Below are positions 13,073 to 25,000 of a DNA stretch of 64,000 nucleotides, piece after piece; positions within the stretch are counted from its first letter, which is position 1, and each line of letters begins with the position of its first letter. Source of the stretch: Stylophora pistillata. Lineage: Eukaryota. The DNA is taken from NCBI RefSeq assembly GCF_002571385.2, contig NW_019217916.1, forward strand, positions 1-64,000. The letters run 5' to 3'. A program made the translations under genes and the position numbers. Under the pieces are notes generated by a model. That model was not told where the DNA came from. It saw only the letters and a program-made list of their open reading frames with translations, and ran no database searches.

Positions 13073-16000
13073 TGTGCTACCTCTCTGTATAATATCAAGA
13101 AATGGATCGATATTCTAGTCTTCTCGGATAAGGACTATTAAACCGTAGGCCCTGTCTCCTGCAGGGTTACGGATAGGAGACGTTAATTTCCCACGCACGA
13201 GATTACTGTGTGGTGGATGTCCTTCCCAGGGATGGGATGGGTGGGTATATCTGCCGAGATGGGCTGTATTGCTCTTTGCAGATTAAAACATAGATGGATA
13301 GATACAAGGCAGCTGTTTGTCCAAGCTTAGGCGGTTGATGAGCTTCTCTACAAATGCGGACTTGGGAAACATTTCACTGGGTGCCTGCCCCGATTCAGCC
13401 TTAACAGAATAGAGACAAGACAATTATCTATCACATTCAAATGCTTAGTGCACGTTCTACATTGTTACCGTTCTTTGTAGTTCGTCCTTTTGTCTTCTTC
13501 TACCCTTGACGAGCTCTTCTTTTTGCCATCCATTACGCTTGCAGCGGATGGCGACACTTTACTGGGCGAAGAAGGCTTCGACCCTGAATAGACGATAAAA
13601 GACAGGAGTTTGTCTTTACACAAGATGCTCCGACATGTACGTCGTTAACCTCTAAAACTCGATCAGGAATCCTCAGCCCAGCTTTCCTGGCTATGTTAAT
13701 TGAATCATATTGAATAGAGGTCACTCATAGCGATAAGTGTTTACCTGAGCCATCTTTAACTGCTGTGGCTCCGCCTGACGGTGACAGATTAGGAGTAGAG
13801 TTGGCTGCCGTGCCGTCTTCTGTTTTACTGTCACCCTTCTTCTGAGCGATTTTATTACGAATTTCATTAACATCCTTTTGAAGTGTATCAATGTTGGCCT
13901 AAGACAAAATAACACATTAATTTACTTAAAATAGGAAGACATACTTCTGGGTTTGACTTAATAAATATCTGACCATCCGTCGTGTTAAACGGACCACGTT
14001 CTTGTTCTTTTACAATAAATAGCCAACTTTCATGGAACGTTTTAGTACTGAATGCTTGCAATTCATTCAAGGCTGCAAATAACTAACGGGCAGTCGCCGG
14101 TCACGTTGTCCGGTCAAACATGCTTTTGCTAGGACACTACCCGTTTCTGGCTGGTCAAATTTTAACAGTCGGAACTCTTGCGATAGTGAACCCAGATTGC
14201 ACAGTAATCCTTTTACAACTAAAAAACAACTGAATCCAAGTAGGTCTGGCAATAACAATTTTAAGTCACTAATTTTACTACTCTTTACTGCAGAAGCAGC
14301 CTCGCATTGAGTACGTGGAACGATTACGCAAGATACAACCGCAATTGTCCGTTTTACTTTACATCTGGCAAAATCACTTCTAATTAAATATTACACTCAG
14401 AGCCCGTTTTTTTTAAAGTTACAGTTGTGAATTTTTGTTAGAGTAAAAGAGTGGTCGGATTCTCCAGGTTTTGGGCCTTTTGCTCGCTTTTTGCACTTTG
14501 CAACAAATGCTACTTGGAGTATTCTCGATGCAACAAGATTATTTTTCGTGAGGGTGCTTTCCGATCATTCAATCGATCAAACAATCAATCACTTTATTTA
14601 AGAGTAAATGATGGTATCTAGCCAAAGGTAAAACCCTCTACTAACTGGGAACACTTAGATAAAGTAAATAAAATAACGGAATACACGATGATTTGCTGTC
14701 GCGACAGGACTTGATGACATCGCGGAAATTTGCGACTGCCGGGAATTTCTCGACCACTAATTTGTCTACTTTTATATTGTTTTTTTCTTTTTTCTTTTGG
14801 AAACATGACTGTGTCCCTCGTGATTAGCAAACAGTTAAAAATTAAAATTTCTTTGAACGAGTCGGTAAAGGACCGGACAAGATGTCCGGCAATCCAAGGA
14901 TTTGTCCGGTCAGTACCCAATTTTGACCAGACATTGTCAGTTGACCGGCCGTTATTTGCAGCCCTGTCGTTGCAGAATATTTTTCGGTTATGAAAACAGG
15001 AGAGCGTGAGGTACAAGTCGCACTCTCATACATCAAATACAGATACAAATACATCAAATGGAGGTAAAAGAAGAAAGAAATTGCGGTAATTTCTCCTCTC
15101 ATATATTGAGCCTCGTGATTTTGGTACAATCTTCGGCGTTCCAATAATTCCCTTGAATACAAGAGCACAGAAGCACAGAGAAGCAATGTCATTACCAACT
15201 CAAGCTGCAATTTTACCTTTGGTCGTAGATATAAACTCAAAAGAGTTAAACTAATTTTCTGCAAGAGGAAAAAAGAAAAAAACAAAAAAATATCAGTTAA
15301 GTCAATGCTCAAGACCCTTATGATGTCATTGTGACAAGCAAAAAGGCTTTCCACATGATTCACTTAAAAAAAAAAACTTAATTGAAATCAATTATTACTA
15401 TCGAGTATTACTAACATTAAATTTGCACCTCAAAACAGAAACGAGAACAAGAACAACTCGAAGAATACCTCAAGATCTTCTAATTTAGCACCAAACAATT
15501 CCCACCAAGGCGGTCTGTTTGGTAAACTTATCTGAAATAGCCAAAAATATGATATAAGTATCAACAGTTTTGTAAACCTACACATCCAATAAATAAAAAA
15601 AATTTTTTCTCCTCCTTTACATACCCCTAACTGCCTTGCTGAGAGGAATATACAGGCACAGCCAATGGTCTCAGGAGGGTATCTTACAAAAACATTTGTT
15701 CTAAAACTATCATTCATAAAATTCCTGTGATGGGAAAAAAGGAGAGATGATAATCAGTTAATAAAATTCCTGTGATGGGAAAAAAGGAGAGATGATAATC
15801 AGTTAATAAATACAACAACTGGTAGCACAATAGGCTTGATTACCAGCCACTGTTTGGGAACTGGAGACCATGTTCCCCCTCAAAGAGACTCTTCTCTCTT
15901 CTTGGGGAGGAGCAAAAAAGACCCGAAAGAGTGGTGTAAACCGAGTCTATTAGTATAGTACCAGGGATTAGGTCAAATGTTTACAGATTGAAAAGGACAA

Positions 16001-19000
16001 ACAGCACAGGAAGAACCTTACTGTTGCTTCATGCACCACCACCAATAACTTAAGACAATATCATTAATAAATTTACAAATAGTCTTAATCAATAAGGTGA
16101 TAATGCTGATGACTGTGTGTCTCTCAAACTTCAAGTGATTAGCATCAAATTTCTCCCAACACTAATAACCCTAAATCAAACATTACAGTCATGAGAATGA
16201 AGAAAATGATTCCAAACTAAAGATTTTGATTGGTATACAAATTCTCCTTGTAAGTATGAGAGGAAACATATAAAGAACAGTAAGGAGAACTTGTATACTG
16301 TTGTTAGGGTGTAGATAATCGTACATACCAGGCAGACTGGACAAGTTCTCTCTTTTCTTTGCTCTCAAGGATTTCAAGATACATTATTATGATCTAAACA
16401 AGAAAAATAACATAATCTAAGCTGACACCTGCACCAGAAAACTATAGATTCTGTGTTAGTTGTTGTTTATAAAAAAAAATACACCTGGAACAGGGTTTGT
16501 TATAGGTTCCACTCCTATATAAGAAAATTAGCTCATCACACCAAAGGAAACAAACAATGAATCCCATTGAATCAATTGAGCTAATCACTGCTTCAGAATA
16601 TAACAACAAAAAAGGTGAGAGAATTTGGGCAGAGTTCATTGCCCACATCTTTCGATTTGATTGTTTGGTTTCATGCATGTCACCCTGAAAACAGCAGTGA
16701 CACAGTAATATGACTAATTAAACAAAGTTGCTTTCTTGTCAGAGGAAGAAGACAGAAATGGACTGACAATGTTAACCCAAAACAATGGAAGAGAAAGTTG
16801 TTAACCCTTAAGCTGTCACGACTATCTAAGACAGAACTTCTCATTGCAAAATCAATACAAGATCTAGCAAACAAATGATAAGGATGAAGAAAAATAAAAA
16901 TTAAGAGATTAGTTGAACTAATACCAAATTCTCTGAATTAATATCATAAGAATTGAGTGGAAGACAGTGCAAATAATTACTAATGAGATCCTGAGAGTGA
17001 ATTGGTTAAATACAGTTTCAATAAAATTATTGATCGCTGATTGTAGGGGGAGTGGTATTGGTACATACCTTATGGGGATGTTTTACATGAACACAAAACC
17101 CAAGTTCCTAAAAATAATGAGAGTAGAAGTGGTTAATCATTTAACTGAGTCTTACAATCAATAGAAGGAGTTCTATATCAAAGCAAACTTACCTTCAATA
17201 TCCTTCTTTCAGCTTTGATGACTTGGTTTTTAAGGTTAAAGTAGGTGTTACCCATGTACTCCATGGGCTGAATTGTCCTGAAATATCATTAGTGATTAAA
17301 CATTTAACCTTTCAAGCACAAATTCAAGACTAGCACTGCTCCGATGCCCTGCAGTGCTAACTCCAATCAGCCTTGAATCTCTCAAGTCACCTGGACAACC
17401 AGTGGTAATGCTTTGACAACCATGGAAACACTTAGATCAACAAAAATGCTCCAGTTTAACAGAACCTAGCTTAACACTTAAGCCATTTAACTGTTGTTGC
17501 ATAGGATATACTACACTACAGTTTACTTTCTAAATATTAAATATTTTAGAAAAGCTGCTACAAAGTTCTTTTTTAGACATAGCCTAATTTGCCACATACC
17601 AGTAACATTTAAACTTAAGATGATTACCTAGTTACAACCACCTATATTTTTGACACAAAAATGAACATTCCAGTTAAGTCTCCAGTCTAGTCTCTGAGTA
17701 GACTAGTAATAGAGATCTTCCTCTCAGCCATGGTAGCAAGCTTTCTTCCAAGAATACTCCAACCTTGTTCCCAGTTGAAACTTGAAAGTTCTTTCTTTCC
17801 TCACTTCAGTTATGGAGCTAAAATTTCCAACACAGCACAAGCAAAACTTGTTCCAATAAGTCCACAGCTCACATAAAGATGGCTGTTCACTGGTTGACTG
17901 CAGGAGACACTTTGTAGAATTAACATGTACGTCAGCATTTAACTCTATCCTTGCTCTCACCCTAAAAAGAGAGGGAAGGGATCTAGCTTTAGGAAATCAA
18001 ATCAGTTGGTTAATGAAGAGATCACCATAGTGTCTCCTCTAACTCAATCCTGGAAGTAATAGATAATGACTTCAAAATTGATTTTGGAAAAAGAATGCGA
18101 GAGTTTGAAGTCCTCATTATTATACTATATCCAACACAAATGCAAGAACTTGTTAAAAAGGAACAGACAACCATGGAAACTACGGCAAGAGTCAAGTGGT
18201 TTGCTTTTCATTCAAACAGGAAATGGTCACTTAAGTACTGTAAAGAGGTATATAACAGCTGTATAAAGCTTTTATCTCTAATTGCCAATTCTTTAAAAAG
18301 AAGCTTGTCCTATCAGAGGTAAAATATATCCCCAAACTGGATTGTTCGTGTAAAATAAAAACAACGATTTTTGGTGCATGCACGTTTCACATGAGAAAGG
18401 AGATTCAATGATATGATTGACTCAACTAGACTTTGGTTAGTTCACAGCTAGAGATGGCAAGATGAATACATTGTGTGGAGGCAGCATGGCTGAGTAGTCA
18501 GCGTGTCAGATGCGCAATCCACTGCTCCTGGGTTTGAGTCCCGCAATGACCACTACCTGGATTTGTTTCACGGTAGCGCTGAGTTCAAATCCTCAACCAC
18601 ACTTGTAAATAGCCAACTGGTTTGCCTCCAGCCAGTTGGGATTCTTAACAACTTTATGTTTAATTTAAATTATTTGTTTCAGTTGTTTGCTAAGCCCCAC
18701 TAGCATTTTGTGTGCTATAAACACTGCCAAGGGTAAAATAATTTTTTTTTTTTTTACAGATAAATAGAATAAAGAAAGACATCATTCCTCAACTCTGAGG
18801 AGTAAGGAAATGATGTTTTTCTTTGTTCTTAATCAAACATCAAGGTTCCAAGAATAAAAGAAATGATCACGAACTCAAAAAACTCACAATTGTTAGACAA
18901 GTTGTCCTTTAAGTACCATAGGAAATGTTAAGAGAACAGTATGGTTGATATGCATACTGATGTGAGGGTGCTAAAGGATTACAAGTCAACTACATTATCC

Positions 19001-22000
19001 TTAAAGGATCCCTTCCAACCACAATACATTGCGCGTGCGATATGTGAAATCCGCCATTTTCTCTGCCATCCGGTATTGGACAAGTCGTGAAGTGGAAAGA
19101 AATCCTCGTTCATCCGAGTACATTTGCCTCACTGAGGTCTTGAATTTCCTCAATCGCGTTCCAAATTTATTGTTCTTTCTATTTGACTAGTTATTTCTTA
19201 ATTATTTTTTCTGTTTGGGCGTGCAGGGTATTGTGGTTGGAAGGGATCCTTTAAAAGCTAAAAAAAAAAAAAAAAAACAAATTAAACCGTCTGCAACGTT
19301 TCACAATTATTACTTGCTACATGTGACAACCTGTTGTATTTCTGATCAGGTAACCTGTCCACTGCTGGTGAAGTTTATATACCAGAGAGATAGAAGTGAC
19401 AGAATATTAATTTCCTCATTGCAAAGATCAATGAAAATCTAGCAATGTTTCCTCAAAAAATTTACCCAACCTGTGAAGATCTTCATCTCAACACCTGATT
19501 ACACTTTGAGTGTGCTCATCTATGTCTAAAGATTGCACGACATCATCTAGACAGTTACCAACTTAATTAATTTCTCACATCTGAACAAAAGGTCCAAAAT
19601 TGAAGATCACAAGTGCAAGTGCTTCCCATTCACACAAGATGCTAATTTCAGTTTTGATTTTCATTTGAGCATTTGTGACTCTTTTCCAGCACCTTGAAAG
19701 CCTTTAAATGGTAAGCTACTACTGATCTATATCTCAAAAGAATAACATTTTTTCAGGTTACAGGTCTATAGGAACACAGACTTCACAACTTGATGTGCAC
19801 AAAAAACAGTTGGAAAAAAAGCCCTTCCATGGGCCAAAAAGTTGAATTGAGATTATCTCAGAAAAATGGTAGAATACTTATCAGCTTTACTAATAAGAGT
19901 ATTTTCCTTACCCACAAAAAATATTCTAGGTATGCAACAATTAGTGTAGACACTTTGGTATAAGTGAGGAATACCTTTTCCAAAAGGTCACTTAGAAGAA
20001 CTGCAATCATGACCATAATTGATATTAGCCTAAATCCTCAAATATTTCTTATTCTAGGCACAAACTGCTTGTGTTTTATCCACCCCTCTTTTAGTGGCAT
20101 ATGCTTAATTGGTAGAATTGGTAAAAAGTAAATAAAATCAATAACGATAATGATAATGGCTTACGTCAACAAAAATGATAGGGAAAAGAAACCAGCTATG
20201 ATAACATTTGCCACAATGTTGGTCAGTTCTCAAGATTTTTCGGTTCAGCGGTCTATTTCCCAGTTACCTTAGCTGCTATACCTGTCTATTTTAAGATTTT
20301 CAAACATGCCAATTGTAGTGTTCTACAACTCAGCATCAATTCCAAAGTGAAATTTTGATGAAGGATATTTGAATAGCAATACCCTTGTAAGGCTAACCTT
20401 GCACATTGGAGTTACATAAAAGAGTAGACATTTCCCATTGAGGTTAAATGAAAGAGTTACTTGAAAATGCTGTCTCATAAAGCAAGAATAAAGATGGAGA
20501 GGTAGAGCATTTCTTCTTCGTTATAGAGTTTGTGAATTTAGAGGAATTGGATAACCTTCCAACTGATAAGAAAAAGTTGAGAATCACTAAATGCTCTTCA
20601 AGCCAAAGCACAGGGATGATACAAATTCATATACTTTCATGTACTAATATCTAGAGTGGGCAGCAAAGTTTAATGATAAGTGGCATAAGAACACAACAGA
20701 ATAATTTCACAAAGAAACAAAAAATTGTTGACCATGAATTGTTTTGATAAAAAGGCAAAAGAAGTTTCCTCACTAAAGCTATATATTCTCATGTAAGCCC
20801 AGAGATCTGGCCTACATTCATCAAAATCTGAACCTGCTACTGCAGTTCTAATAACATACAAAAAGACTGAACTCTGAAAACAAGCGAGTACTGTACACAA
20901 AGTCCCCAGCAACATTTAAGATAACATCAATTCCAGGCTGTCATAGACTGCATTCCATGTACACAGTACTCATATTCATTTCCTATAACATCTTCCCGGT
21001 AATGAAAAGAGGTGAGCTCACTCTAATGATCCTTGACAACTTTTCCTTGACAACTGAAATGAATTCCAGGGAAACATTGGGGCTCAAGGTGAAAAAAGAA
21101 TTTTCCACCAATGCAGATGTTAGGTGCTTTGTTACACATCCAAAAGGTGGAACTTAGTAACCAAGCAAAAACAAGGGCATTTATAGCAGTACAAGCTGTA
21201 TTTTTTCTTCTACACCACAAGTTTAAAAATCTGGTCCTCCAATAAAGTAGAGAACTGTTTTTTTTTTTTTTTCAAAGCTGCTCCACTGAGTTTTGAACAA
21301 GTAGTCACAAATTAATAATGTGTAGAATTGCAAACAAGTTCAGATAAGAGTGCTTGAAGAAATCGTGCCACAATCACACCACTGGCCTCCGCCGATGCTC
21401 CAATCATGAGCAACACCTGGAAAACGATCACCTTCAATAAATGTATCTTGGAATTGGGATAAATCTCAATTTATGTAAGGTCATGAGATTACTTATTGGC
21501 AAATCACAATCATCTTTAAATGAGGGACACTATGCTTTCTGCTTCAGAGGTTAATACAAGGTCTGGCAGGTTTGCAAGTCAATCTATCAAAAAGAATTGA
21601 CTGAACATAAGGAGTTACCTTTTGCAGAACAAGTGGAGCCTCCTTTAGAAGGTTGTCCACAAAAAAAGTGTCAGTGACTAAGTGGGTGCAGAGGACACTC
21701 TCTAGCATTTTGGACAAAGATTATGATATGAACAACCAACCATCCAATGTCTTAACAATTGTTACTAATTACTAGAGCCCAGTTGTTTGAAAGCCAATTA
21801 GTTCTAACCCAGGGTTAACTTTTAATCCAGGATTCTTTATTCCTTTGTCCAAAAGCCCAGTTGGGATAATTTTCTCTATTCTTTTAGAGCTTCCAGATCA
21901 ATGGTTATTTCAACCCAGCTTGGAACAATCCAGCCCAGGGGACCCTACTTTTGAGAATACACATACAACTGGAAAACCAGTTGTTTCCTGTAGCCTTTCA

Positions 22001-25000
22001 TTATTTCTACCTTTTCTTACAAAAAAGAAATCAATGAAATCTCCTATTCTTCCTGTATGTAGCTTCATAGGTCAGATGATAGTGGATCCCATATAGTAGA
22101 CCACAGACAAAAGTTAAAGGGGGGGGATTCGCTTTGCTTGTACTAACCAGAGTTAGGGTCAATTTGTCAAGAGGTCTGTGTCCAAGACCCGAGTGTCATT
22201 GTGTTTTGTTCTTGGGATCTTCACTTTCACAGCTCCTCTCTACATCCAGGAAAATAGATGGGCACCATCAAACAGTTGGAGCAGCCTGATCAAATACTAG
22301 GGAGTAGGGAGTGAGGAGTGAGGTTATCCTGTATCAGACAAGCATCCTATCATGCGGGAGCAGAGATACTCCTGGTTGCTTCCTGCTTTGGAGACCAACA
22401 TAAGCTTCATCTCTTATGTGGACTCAAGTGCAAACTTCACCTTTGCCTCTACAATACCCGAAGTTGATGTATGTTGGGGAAAAAGAAAGTAAAAGTGGGT
22501 AGTGTTGACAGCTTTCCATACTACAACCATTTTAATCGCCCTGGCAAGTGAAAAATATATTTGGCATATATGTGGCTTACGTCACCAGTTGCTGACCAAC
22601 AGATTGAATTAATCAAACAAAACAAAACAAAATAAAAAAACTTGAAAAATTCATTAACATTTGGTCAAATTATCAAACATACAAACAGTAACTGCTGTCT
22701 TTCTTTTTTCCTCTTATGTCATTCTCAAACTCTCAAATCTAAATCTTGTTAAACATGATTTTTCACCCTGTCTCACTAAATCTTTGTTGCTACTGGATAT
22801 CCAAGTCTTTTCCTTCTCTTCCCCTTGACCATTTTTACAATCTTAAATCAGCAGGCAAGTCAACATTTGATATGATAAAGACAGGAAAGACAATTAACTA
22901 TTAGAAGACCTCACAACATATCAAAAGAGCAAGCTGCACAACAATTGGAGTACTTTAACCAGTCCCACAAAAATGTAAACATAATACAAAACTTAAGTTG
23001 TTTAGTTTTCTTGAAGTCAAGTAATTTCTTTTTCAACTTACTATTGCTTCCAAAATTTATGTTAATAAGTTGATGTTGATAGAAGCTACAACGTATAAGT
23101 AAATTTTAGATGTACAGGGTAAACTAAGGAAAAGTTGACTAAACCCTGGAGAAAAAAGACAAAAGCAACTATCCAATAGCTTTTATTCATGACAGATGTT
23201 GGCTTATCTCCCAGCAAAGCATGAAATTTTTACAGAAGGCACTGTATAAGTAAACTGAATGGAAGCACTCTGCTGTTACAGTTATGAAGTTAGGGATTTC
23301 ATTAGAAGCCAGCAACTGGTGAATTCTGGTGGCTACTCTCCACAACAGAGCTGGCTACTATGGCCATTCCACCTCCCAGTTTTTGCATGTTTTTTGGGAA
23401 AACCTTCAATTTATTTTAAAGGCAGTCATCAACAATGGTATGGTTGTTGGGTGATTTTTGTAATGAGTTCTAACAGTTCAATCAGCAACACGATCGGTTC
23501 GCTGTGCACCATGTTGAATGGAGAGAAGAGAAAAACTGGCGATGAATCTGCCTTGATTACTGCTGAAATGTCTTCTGCCTACTTATGTCCTAATATTCAC
23601 CTACTTCCAAATTAATGAAATCCCTAGAAGTTTCGTGATAGATTCAATACCAAATTCAAATATAAACTCAATTTCTAAATTGGTCAATTCTACTTTTGAA
23701 TTAAGCTAGTTTTATTTCAAGTAAACCCATACCAAGTACAAACATGAACTCCAAGAACACTGTTTAACCAGGGAGTTAAATTTGCACCTAATATGGGTGC
23801 CAACGCAACTACATTTTTCACTTTGGTGACCAATTCTGAAACTTAGTCACCAAATTGGCTACTAGATCACCTCACCACACCTTATCGAAAAATATAGTAA
23901 ATACAAAGATTTCTAAAATAAAATCTGCTGAAACTTCTTCTTGGTTTGTTTCCTATCACAAGATACCATTTTAATTTAGGTAACAATTCATGGATATATC
24001 ATAGTTTTTGGGAGATTACAGCTACTTCCAGAGTTTTTTTTACCAATTTAGAAGCCCAAACCATTTATATTAAATACCATTCAGTGTAGAAGTCTTCTGA
24101 TCAGTTTAATAGTTGAAAGGAAAAAGGGGCTCACAGAATGCACTTCTTGCATTCCTTCATATAACAAGGGCACTATTGTCATTGTAATAGTTGCACAAGA
24201 TTCTATCTAGTATAATGTCTTCATAAAAAATAGACAGTCAAAGACTGCATGTGGCTACAAGTAAAGGGCAATTTTTATAGCAACTGTAAACAACCTTTTG
24301 GAAGTGGCTACCACTTTAAATATATACTACTAGAAAAAGTTAAATCATTCTCCATTAACCCTCTGCTATATTGAGGAGGACAGTATTTGAAAAAGATATT
24401 TGCACAAAACAAAAAATGTCCTCAAACCAGCAATCATAGCACAAAATGAAAATGCAACATCTTAAGTAAAATTAAACTTAGAAGAAAGGCTTACCTTTAC
24501 TGTTCTGTCAGCTTCCGCCTCTAACTAGTAATGATTCACACCCACTTGAATTCTTAACTGGATACCACACCAATGATATAGACAGGCCATTAATTTTGCC
24601 CCTTGCCCTTTTGGTGCAAAGTTTCCACAGAAGAAAATTCTCCGTATATCCAATGTCACATTGCCTTTAACATTTGAACTCCAAAACATCCAATGAACTT
24701 CACATCGCACATCATTTCCAGCACTGTAAAGCCATTGCTCACTTTTCTTTTAACATAACTCTAATGATGGCAACAACTTCCAAATTACACAGTTGCAGTT
24801 CTAGACATGACTAACATTTGATACAATCCAGGGATATTTGCTTGGAATTAACACATATGTAGTTCTTATTCCAAGGCCTCCTAATCATCTTTCTTTGACA
24901 CATTTGACAGGTTCATGTTCCTTGACTCAGATATTGTAAAAGAAATATTACAACAACTGAACTGCATTTCCAAGAATATAAAAAAATACATAGCAGTACC

